A stretch of DNA of 64,000 nt from Vicugna vicugna (taxonomy: Eukaryota). Both the position numbers and the translations under genes were made by a program. The DNA is taken from assembly GCA_013265495.1 (NCBI GenBank), contig MU061579.1, forward strand, positions 6,920,124-6,984,123, read 5' to 3'. Of this stretch, positions 26,018-39,200 are shown piece after piece. A model generated the notes under the pieces. The model was not told where the DNA came from and did no database searches. It saw only the letters and a program-made list of their open reading frames with translations. Numbering within the stretch: the stretch's first letter is position 1; each line of letters begins with the position of its first letter.

Positions 26018-26447
26018 TGTGGGGTAAACATTAGTGATGTTTACCGATGCTTCCAGGTTCCTCTTTCCTGATGTGTAAGTATATCGTTCTTCTCTACATG
26101 CTTGAGGTTAGTCCTGGCCAGGTGATTTGGTTAGGCCAAAGAAATGTGTATAGATACGAAGTGTGTCACTTCCTGCCAGAGTATTTAACTGGACTTGATC
26201 GAATCTCCAACTCTGCTTCTTTCCCCTTCTGCAGTGTTGAGGGGACACGTGATGACATAAAATTGCCATGAGAGCTGGAATGCTGAGCTGACACTGGGGA
26301 AACCACTCTTTAGGGAGTCACCTAAACCACAGCAGGCATACCTGCAACGGCAAGCACAGCAACAAATTAAGTCCTTCTGTGTGTAGCCATTGAGATTTCC
26401 AGGTTGTTCGTTTACTGGAGCACACACCAGCCTGTCCTACTGCAACA
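26018..26447 (+). mobile_element. MLT1-type MaLR solo LTR
   Basis: TG...CA ends; ggccaaagaaatgtg...gaagtgtgtcacttcc and gccattgagatttccaggttgttcgtttactggagcacacaccagcctgtcctactgcaaca. Confidence 0.7.
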
Positions 26448-26910
26448 TGTATCCAATCTGTTTGTCTTTGAATGAGAGGAACAGAAAATTCCACTGCAAT
26501 GGCTTAAACAAATAAGGAATCTATTAAGCTCACATCATAGGAAGAACCAAGAAGGCAATGCAGGACTGGTGGGATGGCTCAGTGGTATCTTCCATGATTC
26601 AGTCTTCTTCCATCTTCCTAGACTGTCATCTCTGGTTGTGCCATTACTCCTCATGGTATCATACGGTTTTTGCTCCTACAAGCATCATGTTCATGTTGCA
26701 AGGAGGAAGATGTAGGTCTTGTCTTTTACTGTGGGAAAGGAAGGCCTCCTTGGATATTTTTGCCTTTGTCTCATTTGGCTAGAAATGCATGCTATGGCCA
26801 ACACTAGCTGCAGGGAGATCTGGGAAGATGTTTCAGCTTTGTATTCTCTGAAGAAGAGGAAGATAAGGGAAAGGAGGTTTGGGAGGTACCCAGTCTACAG
26901 TCTCTGTTAC
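26448..26910 (-). mobile_element. Second MLT1-type LTR in the opposite orientation
   Basis: aacagaaaattccactgcaatggcttaaacaaataaggaatctatt...gtctcatttggctagaa...atggccaacactagctgcagggagatctgggaa. Confidence 0.6.
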
Positions 26911-27011
26911 TATGTGATTATGAAAAAGATCAGGCCTTCTCAAGTAGTAACTAAATGCAGATTTTTGTTTTGACTTTTTATGCATTGCGTAATGACTATC
27001 ACATCCATTCT

Positions 27012-27620
27012 CTTTTTTCCTTTCTTTATTGAAATATAACTGATACATAACATTGGGTAAATTTAAGGTGTGCAATGTGTTGATCTGATACACTAATGTA
27101 TTGCAGTATAATTTCCACCATGGCATTAACTAACACCTCTTCTACATCACATAATTCTAACTTGTTTTGGTGGTGAAAACAATTAAGATTTTGTCTCTTA
27201 GCAAGTTTGAAATTTATAATACAATATTGTTGACTAGATCACTATGTTGTGTATTAGATCTCCATAACCTATTTATCTATGATCTGCAAGTTTTTACCCT
27301 TAAGCAATATCTCCCCAGTTCCCTGACTCCTGGCCCCTGGTAACCACCATTCTACTGTTTCTTTGAGTTTGACTTTTTTAGATTCCACATGTAGGTGAGA
27401 TCATACAGTATTTATCTTTGTCTGCCATCTCAGCATAATGCACATAACGTCCACCCGTGTTGTCCCAAATGTCAGATTTCCTTCTTTCTCATGAGTGAAT
27501 AATATTTCATTGTATATATACACCACATCTTCTTTATCCATTCATCCACTGATGGACACTTAACATCGTTTCCCTATCTTAGCTGTTGTGAATAATGCTG
27601 TAGTAAGCATGGGAATGCAT
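27012..27620 (-). mobile_element. L1 3' end (L1MA-like), antisense
   Basis: ttctttattgaaatataactgatacataacattgggtaaatttaaggtgtgcaa...ctggtaaccaccattctac...ttatccattcatccactgatggacac. Confidence 0.85.
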
Positions 27621-30080
27621 ACATTCAAATTATTTTTCAAGAGCTAATAGCTCACAAACCCAAATTTCAAATACAGTGTAAGAATAACATTTTGTATAGT
27701 AATAAAATGTGTGTTATAGCAAAATACATGCATATCTTTAATTTTTATAGCTCAGTATGCATCTGTTGCCCTAGGCTTGGGGACAGTATCACAGAATCAT
27801 AGATGTTCCCAAAAATATTAGCAGGAGGATTGAGCCCACCCACCAAGTCATTAATTCAAGTCTTTATAAGCTGACTCATTAATGCTTCTGAGCCTCAGGC
27901 ACACACCATCTAATTTCCATGTAATCCCAAAGCCTGATCAGGTCATGGAATGGGGATACCTGTTCACTCGTTCCACAGATATTTACTGAAACCCTGCTCT
28001 GGAATAGGCAACTTACTATCTACGATTATAATAACTGAGGCATCAGCCTTACCTTCCAGGAACTCATGACCTGGAAACAAATCTAGGCTGATCAAATAAG
28101 TATCTACAGTGCAATAGTATGAAACAATGACAGTGATACTTACAAAGTATAATTTACCTCTGAGGAGGAAATACTCAGAGTAAGGCGTGCAGAGAGGATG
28201 ATATCTGAAGTGGGTACTGAAGGACTGAGTGGAAGCTTGCCGGGAAAAAAGGATTGGGACAGAGATGCTTCCAAACAGAGGAAAGAAATGCCCATAGTAT
28301 TTATTTTCAGAACTGCAGAATCTGAAGATTCTCCACACTTCATATGTTTCATTAACCCTCACTTTATACATTTTAAAAAATATTGTAGCAATATCATGAG
28401 ATAATTACATATACCTGTCATGACAGAATTTTTCCCCAATAAATTACACAGTGGGGAAATAAGAGTGATAACTGCAGTGTAATAAAAGATTCAGCCTTCA
28501 TTTGTAAGACACATTGAGTTTAAAAGTCTACCTTCTCAACCCTGCAGCTATGATTAGGCAAGCCAAATATGCTATTTCTTTTGAATATGATCCCATAAAA
28601 TATAATTAAAAATTACAGAATTTTCCACAGGGGCTAAAGAAAGCTTTTGTGAGAACATGTGATACTGTTGAAAACAGTGAGATTTAGTGGGTTTTATGTA
28701 CCTCAATTTAAAAGGATCCCTCAAGCAACTGAATCGATACATCATACTTCCCTTCTGCTCCCTCTTACCACCCTGTATACTAGATAGTGGGATTCTCCCA
28801 GGGTGGAGAGGACTCCTGCAAAATAGGACTTACCAAATATTCTAGTTAATCCAATTAAATCATGAATAGATAAAAATGGACCTTTTTCCCACTGCAACTG
28901 TATACATTTTCTTCATTAGCACCAAGTATGACTGTCTTGGCTTCAGGCCCCTTAGGTGAAGGAAGTTCTGAGTAAGTATCTAGTGAGCTCCATGGAAACA
29001 TAAACCATGTTCTCTTTGCCTTTGTACTCTTCTGTAATTAATGTAGCGCATGTACCAGCTGCATCATAAAAACTGATTGGCTAGTTGGTTGAATGAGTTC
29101 ATAAATGAGAAAAGAAGCTGTGGAGTTTAAGATAAAATAGCAGAATGTCATTTGTTCTAATGATTTGTATTGTTGCAAAATCCTATAGAAGTAATTCATA
29201 AGCAAAGGAAATGTAGGTCTGCGTAACAACCACACTTATCAAGTGCCAGCAGACGTTGTTTAAGTGCTTTGCATTTACTAACTCATCTAGTCTTCCAAAC
29301 ACCCACATGGGAATATCCTTGGTGCTGACTGGGGTTAATCGACCCAAATCACATGTCTGAGAACAAGGGAACTTTGAATTCCCCAAAGGGAAATTAGAGT
29401 ATTTGAGTAATAGATGATTGGGTGGAAGCCAGAAGTGCCACACACACAGAATGAGTAACATCCCCAAGACTGAGCCCACATCTTCCGTCTCAGACTAATG
29501 AGCCCTCACTACACCCTGCAGTCCACCTCCCAGTACAGAGACATATATCATGAGCCACTAATACACTCATGTTTTCTCATTGATACAATAAATATTTCAT
29601 TCATTCAGCTAATGTTCACTGAGCAGGATTATTACTTCTTTCTTTACATGGATGTAGAAGCTATGTCTCAAAGACGTTTCTTACTAAGAGACTTTTAGAA
29701 GAAATTCTTCAGTTTGCTGGAAGCTCATCTTTTCTCCATGCAATACTTTGAAGTGATCCACTTTCAGCTCAGAGGCAGGTAGGACATTCATTTGCAAATG
29801 TGGGATTGATATTTGTGAAAGTTACTGTTAGGGAAAGACCACTGCAACTGGGGATTCATCATCAGTTCGTAGATTAGTTTACATTCAGCATAGGGGTAAG
29901 AACTTCCCACAGGCTACCCCAAAATGCTGCAGCTGCACAGACTTCCTCTTAGCATTTCATAAAAAGCAGCTCTTCCTATGAACCCCCGTGTGCTCTTTCA
30001 ACTTACCACACCATCTGTAGGGGAGGAAACAAGCTTCAAGCCATGAGCACAAAGAAGTGGTCCAATGTCCTCTCCACTTC

Positions 30081-30867
30081 TTTTTTTTTTTAATTGAAAT
30101 TAGTTGATATAAATGTTATGTTAGTTTCAGATGAAACACATAATGATTTGACTTTTACACACATTATGAAATGATCACCATGATAAGAGTCTAATAGCCA
30201 CCTGCCCTACACAAAGTTATTACAGTATCATTGAGCATATTCCGTATGCTGTATATTACTTCCCTGTGGTTTATTTAAAAAAGTGTTGGCGAGAATGTGG
30301 GAGAATGTGGAAGAAGAGAATCCTCATGCACTGCTGGTAGGATTGTAACTTGGTGCAGCCACTATGAAAAATAGTATGGAGGTTCCTTAAAAACTTAAAA
30401 ATAGAACCACTATACAGTTCAGCAATTCTACTTCTGGGTTTTTACCCAAAGAAAACAAAAACACTAATCTGAAAAGATATATGCACCCCAGTGTTCACTG
30501 CAGCATTATTTCCAATAACCAAGGTATGGAAGCAACTCAAGCACCCATCAATAGATAAAGAAAGAAAGAAGATGTGGTGTATGTATATATAATGGAATAT
30601 TACTCTGCCATAAAAACTGAAATCTTACCATTTGTGACAGTATGGCTGTGTCTTCAGGGTATTATACTACATTATATATAAGTCAGACAGAGAAAGATAA
30701 ATACCATATGACCTCACGTGTATGTGGAATCTAAAAAAATAAACAAATAAACAAAACAAAATGAAAACAGACTCAGATACAAAGAACAAATGGATGGTTA
30801 CCAGAAAGGGGATGGTGGAAAGGTGGGCACATTAGGTAAAAGGGATTGAGACGTACAAATTTGCAGT
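30081..30867 (-). mobile_element. Minus-strand L1 with 5' inversion (antisense 3' end 30081-~30277; sense ORF2 end/3' UTR ~30278-30867)
   Basis: Poly-T and antisense 3' terminus, then sense aagtgttggcgagaatgtgg...gtacaaatttgcagt; degenerate TSD tctccacttcttt (30071-30083) / tctcctcttcctt (30867-30879). Confidence 0.85.
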
Positions 30868-32094
30868 CTCCTCTTCCTTATACACCTTTTAAAATTTTAT
30901 TTTTACATAAAGAAAAGTGAAGCAGGACAAGGATAAATGAAAATGGAATAAACTGCCTGTTAAGAAATCTCACTGTTTTCTTCTACTTTTAGAACTTTTA
31001 TTCATCGCATATCTAACATGTGACAGGCCCTGTTATGCACAGGTGAACAAAATACACAAATTTCTGCCCCTGTGAAACCTGTGTTCTAGTGGATTTTGTA
31101 TTCCAGTAATATTCAAAGAACACTGGCTGGAGCACAGAAAATAATTGAAATGCTTTTTTAAGTCTTTTGTCAAACTTAAATTGTCAACTGTGAGTCTCAG
31201 TCTCAAAATGTCAAACAGGACTCTCCCCACCACACATGTACCACCACCAGCACCATAATAGTATTCTAAGAGGACAGAAACAGTGCATCATAAATGCTGA
31301 TGTAAAGATGTGACTTTAATGTCAGGAATTTCAAACTTAGGTGAAGGGAACATTGGGAAGGAGTGGGCTTTTCAGTCAACACTATGCCAACCCAAGAATT
31401 AGGTTAAATAGTCCAAAGTCAGCAAGTCAGATTCCAAGTGTTTTAGAAGAGAAAGAGATGGAGTCAGAGACCCCAACAGAGAGATGTCACATCAATGAAG
31501 GAAAACTGATTACTGAATTACATCATGTAGAAATAACATTTGGTAAATTAGGTTTTAGGGAAGGTTTGGCTCACTGTCTGTTAATGCTCCCTGACAGCCT
31601 CTGTCTAGACATGGAGAGCTAGTCAATTGTCCAGACCCTGTCAGAATCTTATTCTTATTCTGAACAGATGCCTCATATGTGGGGTAATTTAGCATTATCA
31701 GTGAAGGAATTAACCAATGACTAATGGAATTTGTAAAGAGCCCAGGAGTGCTCCCCTATAACACCTAAAAACAAGACCTCAGGTTGGGGTATGGGTTTGC
31801 TAATAACCACATGTTATTAATCACAAAAGGACACATTTCTCTGCTTTTAAACCTGGAAGAGAAGAAGCTCTTTGATTTCTGTGAAACCGTAGGGTAAACT
31901 CTCCTGTGAGTCATTAAGCACAGGCTCAAAGTAACAGCAGCAATTCAGCAGCGCAATATCGGTGAGATGTTATCGTCATTTGAAAAGAGTGAATATGAAG
32001 CACAGTGTATTCAGGTGCAGTAAGCCCAAATAAATAGAAGTTGTAGGTGTTCTTTTCCGACAAGTTTCAGAAAGTAAGCAGGAGAAGAAATCTA

Positions 32095-32310
32095 ACAGTT
32101 ACTAAGTAACTCCCATCTGACAGGTACCTTACTTACCACATTTAATCCGTAGAGAAATCCTGAGATAGATAGTATTATACCCATTTTATAGATAAGGAAA
32201 CTGAGACTTAGAGAAGTAACGTCGTTGAGTAACTTGTTCTTGGTCACACATTCAAAAAGGTAGTGAAGCCAAGATATGAAACCAAGTCTTAGCTCTCCAG
32301 GTGCTTATAC
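32095..32310 (-). mobile_element. MIR SINE
   Basis: attatacccattttatagataaggaaactgagacttagagaag...aacttgttcttggtcacaca. Confidence 0.8.
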
Positions 32311-32664
32311 TTACACATAAAACTGCTTGGCACCATGAGGGTTCCCAGTGGGTGGCAGCTCTAATCCCTACTTTGATGGATTTATAGTTCTTTTAAGGAG
32401 ATGAAACACATAAATACAGAAGCTAAAGAACAAAATAATAGAACACATCAGCAAAAAGGTGCAATAATGCTTTATGCATATAGGCTTTCTAGTTTCCAAG
32501 ATGCATCCATTTATGTTGCTTTTTGTAATTATTAAAAAGCTCCTGACACATATATTTCAAGCAAGAAGTATTCCCATGTCTTCATTTAGGATTTGGTATT
32601 TGAAAGAAATTGGAAGTACTTCTGACACCTTGAAAATTTTAATCTTTACTGAAATATATTTTAT

Positions 32665-32783
32665 GGAGGGGAGGGGATACCTCAGTGGTAGAGTGCATGC
32701 TCAGCATGCATGAGGACCTAAGTTCAATTCTCCAGTACTTCCATTAAAATAAATAAATAAAAACCTAATTATCCCCACAAAAT
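32665..32783 (+). mobile_element. tRNA-derived SINE resembling camelid Vic-1
   Basis: ggggaggggatacctcagtggtagagtgcatgctcagcatgcatgaggacctaagttcaattctccagtacttcca (A box, B box, tRNA-Ala-like head), then ttaaaataaataaataaaaacctaattatcccc. Confidence 0.8.
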
Positions 32784-33657
32784 AATATATATATAGTACA
32801 TCCTAAAAATACTGGCCTAGACTTTTAATTTCCACATAAGTTCAGGAGGCAGAGCACCCAGGAGCCATAGAGCTCGTTGAGGAGGGCGATGAAACACTGT
32901 TCTATGATTCCAAATATCAAAAGCAAAATGGTGTGCTACTTGGATATCATATTATGCTACTATAAATGAGTGACAGCCAGTGCCGCAGGTGTAAGGAGAA
33001 TGTGTCAGGGGTGAGGGATGATGGAAGCAGTGGACATATGTAACATTGACAGTGGATCTTCCAGTGCTTTGGGCTGAGATTTCTGCAAACTGTGTGAAAG
33101 CTTCTTTCTCAATAACAAGATCATCTGAATTCACTTCATGGATCTCCCAAGGGGAGCCCTGAGGATGCAAGGTGGTGGCTCAGGAATTCTGACCCATAAA
33201 CCCCCAGATGAGTGATGCTTATTCATTTGTGAGCCTGTTGCAACACAGTTCATATTCAACATGATCAGTGACCCCTTTAGGGTCAAACTCTTATCTGAAG
33301 AAGTGGAGTCAATGTATATTGAATGATGATTATCCATAGATTCAATACCAGGTGTTAACCTTACATATACAAAATGCTGAAGGACATACTGTTATCTTCA
33401 TTTTTAGACGAAGAAAGTGGTATCTCCAGAGACTGAAGCCACACATGGTCAGTAAATAATAAAACCGCTTTACATGATGATACTGGTTTTGCTGATCTCA
33501 GAGAATTATATTAAGGATCAAATGAGATAACAGAAAAAAAGAGTCTTTGAAAATTTTAAACTTTCACCTAAGTTTACTGTATTATCATTGTAATCATAAT
33601 GGTCATCCTAATGGTCTTCAACATCACCATCAACTGTTGTCAATAATGGATCACTTT

Positions 33658-34892
33658 AAAAAATTTTTTTTTGTTGAAGTTTAGTCAGTTACATGTGTCA
33701 GTTTCTGGTGTATAGCATAATGTCCCAGTCATGCATATATATACATATATTTGTTTTCATATTCTTTTTCATTAACGGTTATTACAAGATATTGAATACA
33801 GTTCCCTGTGCTATACCGAAGGAATTTGTTTTTTACCTATTTTTATGTATACTGGTTAACCTTTGCATTTATCCCTTCCTACCCCCTTCCCCCTGGTAAC
33901 CATAAAATTGTTTACTATGTCTGTGAGTCTGTTTCTGTTTTGTAGATGAGTTCATAATGTCCTCTTTTTTCTTTTTAGATTCTACGTATAAGTGATATTG
34001 TATGGTATTTTTCTTTCTCTTTAATTTTTCTTTTCCAGCTTACTTCACTTAGAATGACATTCTCTAGGGACATTCATGTTGCTGCAAATGGCATTATCTT
34101 ATTCTTTTTTATTGCTGAGTAGGTATTCCATCATATAAATACACCACAACTTCTTTATCCAATCATCTGTTGATGGACATTAAGGTTGCTTCCATGTCTT
34201 GGGTCTTGTACATAGTGCTGCTATAAACATTGAGGTGCACGTATCTTTTTGAATTAGAGTTCCCTCTGGATATATGCCCAGGAATGGGATTGCTGAATCA
34301 TATGGTAAGTTTATCTTTAGTATTTTGAGGAATCTCTGTACTGTTTTCCACAGTGGATGCACTAAACTACATTCCCACCAGCAGCGTAGAAGGGTTCCCT
34401 TTTATCCACACCCTCTCCAGCATTTATCGTTTGTGGACTTTTGCATGATGGCCATTCTGACTGGTGTGAGGTGATATCTTATTGTAGTTTTCACTTTCAT
34501 TTCTCTGATAATTAGTGATATTGAGCATTTTTTCATGTGCCTATTGGCTATTTATATGTCTTCATTGGAGAATTGCTTGTTTAGGTCTTCTGGCCATTTT
34601 TGGATTGGAATGTTTTTTTTTCTTATTAAGTTGTATAAGCTGTTTGTATATTCTAGAAATTAAATCTTTGCCAGTCACATCATTTGAAAATATTTTCTCC
34701 CATTCTTTAGGTTGTTGTTTTGTTTTACTTATGGTTTCCTTTGCTGTGCAAAAGCTTATAAGTTTAACTAGGTCCTATTCATTTATTTTAGCTTTTATTT
34801 CTAATGTCTGGGTAGACTGCCCTAGAAGAACATTTTTGAGATGTATGTGAGATAATGTTTTCTATGTTGTCCTATATTTAAGTCTTTAAGCC
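33658..34892 (-). mobile_element. 5'-truncated L1 (antisense), same 3'-UTR type as the 15.0-16.1 kb copy
   Basis: Minus-strand ORF2 peptide [36 protein letters not shown] atgg(a/g)tcacttt at 33646-33657 and 34893-34904. Confidence 0.92.
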
Positions 34893-35424
34893 ATGGGTCA
34901 CTTTTTTAAAGAGCCATTAGTGAAATCTGTCATTTGATAACAAATATTAACATCAAAATTATTTTACTTAACTTGCAGATAATTTTCATCAAGACAGTTT
35001 TTATGATAAAAAGCATATCTCATCAAAGACTGGACAATATTATTTCATTTAGCTGAAAAAGAGAAAAATAAATTAAAACCCAATAAATATTCAATGATTA
35101 TATCAGTTTAATTATAGAAGCAGTCTAACAAGAAAACAATAGTGAGAAACAGAGGAAGAAATATCATGCTTAACCCAACCACACTAAGACAATCATTCTC
35201 AACAGTTTAGCATAAGCTTTTTCAGGTTTTATAATATTCATGTTTTACATAACTATATTCAGAGTACATATAAACATAGATCCTGTTTTTAATTCATAAA
35301 CATACCATACTCATTTTAAAGGGTTGTTACATGATCCTTATAACTTGTATTTATAACTTTTCTCCCAAATTTCTTTATGCTCTTCTTGCTTTGCCCAACC
35401 CTTTAATGTTGTTACTTGTCAGAG

Positions 35425-35830
35425 ATTTACCTTGGCCTTCCTCTCTTTTTCCTGGGCATATTACTGCTCCCTAAGCAGTCTTACCTATACCCATTACTTC
35501 AGGTACTCCCAGTACAGCTTTGACCTCCACATCTGTATCTCCAGACCCAATTCTCTACATCACAAACCCAGACATCATTCTTGAGTCCTTCCTCCTTCAC
35601 ATCCTTCACAGTCAGATTCAATGGGTTCTGCCTCTTAGTGGGTGATGAATAACCACCTTAGCCACTCTTCCTCTGCCCTCCTCTCTGTCCCCACAGCCAT
35701 CTGCTTGCACTCCCTTCATCTGGACAGCTGCAGTTGCCTCCTTACCAGCCTTCTTGCCTTGCCTCTGTTCTCATCCCTTGCAACAGCTCCAGGTGATCTC
35801 ATTATCAACATGCTGTAACTTCCCTGTCCA
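35425..35830 (+). mobile_element. L2 fragment
   Basis: tgacctccacatctgtatctccagaccc, catcattcttgagtccttcctc, catctggacagctgcagttgcctccttacc. Confidence 0.6.
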
Positions 35831-36044
35831 AAGTTCCCTGTTCATCAGCAGACCAATAAACAATTACAGGCCAGGAGTTATAATAAAGTCACGCAAAGGA
35901 GGTCCAGAGAGAGGGGTACCTAACCAAGGCTGAGATGAGGGGTCAAACAGGTGAAAGAGTTGATAGTAACTGTGAATAAAAAGTCAGAAAGAGGGAAAGC
36001 AAGAAATTCTTCACAGAGGAAGCTGTGGGGATAGACTCTAGGAT

Positions 36045-36250
36045 CTAACATGTATTGAGGGCTTGACTCTGTGCCAGAAATTTTACCTATAATTTCCTAC
36101 TAAGTCTTCACAACAACCATTTGAGGTAGGTATTACTGCTAACCCTATCTTATAGGTAAGGAACCCCAGAAACAGGATAGCAAAGACTGTGCCTTCAGTC
36201 ACGCAGCTAGAGAATGGAAGAGCCAGGCATTCTAAGCCCTGGGACCATGC
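36045..36250 (-). mobile_element. MIR SINE
   Basis: ctaacatgtattgagggcttgactctgtgccag...cttcacaacaacc...gaggtaggtattac...gtcacgcagctagagaatggaagagccagg. Confidence 0.75.
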
Positions 36251-39200
36251 GCTCAGGTGTTACGCAAAACTGTCTCTTTTGAGGTGGAGGGGCTGTGGGG
36301 TAGAGAGAGAAAAAGAGAGATAGAAGTTAAAGATTGACAGAAATATGACTTTAGGTGTCCTGATTAGGTAGCTATGAGTCTCAGAGTCAGGAATCCTGGG
36401 TTATTATCCTACACTATCGCGTTAACTTTGAAATTGTGCTTAATATTTGCGCCTCAACTTCAGCATCTGAAAGATTGAGTTATTGGCATTTCCTCTTCTA
36501 GATTCTTGCCTGTCAAAAATCATTTTATACCTTTAGAGTATTACTAAAATTAAGTGTCATCAGATCTACTAGTGTGGATATCAAGGGATGAAAGAAACTC
36601 ATCATCTTTACAAATATTTCAAATATTGTTCTATCTCAAAATAGGTGGAGGAAGCTTAGTTCCCAGAGCTCTTGAGCTCTGCAAGTCTTAGAATCTAATG
36701 CAATGTCATCAAGGTGTGGAGTCTGCTGTCCTTCCCCCAGCTTTTAGACCTACTGGAGAACTTCCCAAAGCTTTTGAACCTCATTGTGAAATACTCTATC
36801 CATTTTAAAAAGGAAGCACCTTTGGGGAGTATTGTACAGATTCCTAAAAGCAAGAAAACACATCTCCAAGACGTGACCTTTCTAACTGGCATCTTGGCTT
36901 GACACTTTAGTACTTCCAGTTTGAGGCTTGGGTCTGGACCTTACTGAAAACACAAACACTGCCCATGAATTATTCTGGGGATGAAATATAGATGACCTCT
37001 GCATCCAAGGGCAACTGTTTAATCTGGTTTGTCTCCTGAGCATGAATCTTTGTTTAACGGAAAGAAAATTTTGTTGGGGAACTTTGTGTCTGTGAAAAAT
37101 TAATCAAAAGGTGTAAGGATTTTCTTTCCTTCTTTAGGAAGGTATCTTTTAACTAAATTGACACTTAGCTGCCTACACAGTTTCTACAGTAATCCCTTAT
37201 TAACAGAGGTCTCTTAAATCCAAAAAATAAAAAGCCTAGACAATCAGCCATAGGAAGCATTGAAAATTCTCATAATATATGTGAAGCCATACTTTTTCTT
37301 GTTTCCTTGCCCCAGTAATTTAAAATTGCTGCTCAGTAACTCAGTTCTTCTCCTGCTAAACATATTTGCTGGAAAGAACCTCAATATATGCTGTGGCTCA
37401 GAATAATATGTCAGCATTTGAGAAGAAGGAAATTAAAGGTTTGTCCATTTCTCCTCCCATTTTGGTAATCCATGTGTAGATATGTGGAATGTTACTATAA
37501 CCCATCCCTGTATCCATTTCGACTTTTGTTTTCCATTGATGGCTGTATGCAAATCAGGCCAAAGCAAATTGCAGAAAGGTAATGTTAATAATTTAAAAAG
37601 AAAATGCCATAGAACAGTTGAATGACAGCAGGAAATTAGCTGCATTGTGTAATGGATGAATACGAATTACAAAAGCAAAATAAATCTCAGCATTTGGATA
37701 AGAAGTTAAAAACATGTAAGAGATGGTAACATAATTTTTCACCCTAAAACCATTATATAACTCCCTTAAAATATAAGGGAAAATACAACTAGCACGTGTT
37801 AGTAAAATTAGCCTGTCTTTTAAGATGGGATAATATAAGAAGAGACAGGAAATCAGCCTTTGAAAATGTTTATCATTACCTACATTCAAAATATTTAAAA
37901 TAATGCCCCAAATTTGCCTTGAATAAAAGGAACTTTGCATGCTTCAGTATTTTCTGGGTAGGTTGAAGTTAAATAATCCTCAGAACAGAAAGGTTAAGCA
38001 TGTTTCCAAATTCCTATTCTTGGAGGGCATTTCTGACCCATGGGCTAGGCAGAGAGTTGCCCTCCATTCGGGGAGATGCTGGATGGTTTTGTTGTAGTGA
38101 TGAATGACATGTTTTAAAATGTATTAGAAATGGTTTTCAGCCATATCTGCAGGAAGCAAGTGAGGAGAGAACATCTAAAAATGTTGTAACTTGAAACATA
38201 ACTTATAACAGACAAAAATGGGAAGGCGATAGTTTAAGTTAATTGTCTCTCATTTATACCTTACATTTATAAATACCACCCTTTATGTATTTAAACTGAA
38301 TCAAGACTGTAAAATTTCTTGACATTGGAAGAAAAATAAAAGCAAACTTTTACTAAGCCACACAGAATGTGTAACATTTTATAAGTTGCTACTTTTGTGT
38401 TGGTTTGATTTTTTTTTAATATTGTAACATATGATATAAAACATAAAGACATAAGTAAGCCTAAGGTGTATACATTTCCCAAACATAGCAATTGATTCTC
38501 ACATTGTAAAATGAGTCCTAGGTTTTGAAATGAAATTGCCAAACTCTCTTAATCACAACTTTAAAGCAAGTTTTTAAAATCTGTTATCTCACAGAATTTC
38601 TTTCATTTTTCTATCTCTGGTGCAATTAAACTTTACATTAGATTTGAGTTTTATGAAATAGCCTAAAGTTCTAACCTCTTGCGTAGTTTCTATTTTTATT
38701 TATTATAAATAGGATGACTGTTTTTCCCTAAAATTATTAAGCACTGAATATAAATTTTTAGATTACAAAAAGAACAAAATTCCTTTAATAATTCCTCCTT
38801 AAAAGGTTCTATCAGACTGAAGGCTACTATTTAAACATGTTTCAAAAAAAGCATCTGTAATTTTGCTGAACTTTATGGTATCATATTCCCTTGATATTCG
38901 GCCAGTAACATATAGTTTGGTCCAAGGCTGCATTTGTTCTGCTTTAAATGGCATCGTTTGGTTTCATCTTGTTTTAATGAAGCATCAACCACTTCTATAT
39001 CCCCACAACAGCCACTTACACTTTTAGTGTTCATGTGTGTGCATGTGTGTGTGTGAGTGTGTATGAACGGGTATAAGCCATCTCTTTCATAGTCAAGTAC
39101 TGTTGAAGACAAGGGCATTATCCACAGGTGCAAGTACCTAGCAAGACCAAAGCAGGCATGCACGCAGGCTTCTGTGAAGAAGGTCCTTCATCTCAGGTTG

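Noticed and set aside
27964..28371. 135-aa minus-strand ORF
   Set aside because: No recognisable protein similarity or splice support; part overlaps L2-like 3'-end sequence.
32668..32745. Possible tRNA-Ala gene
   Set aside because: Stems and B box are mutated and it carries a SINE-type A-rich tail; treated as a SINE.
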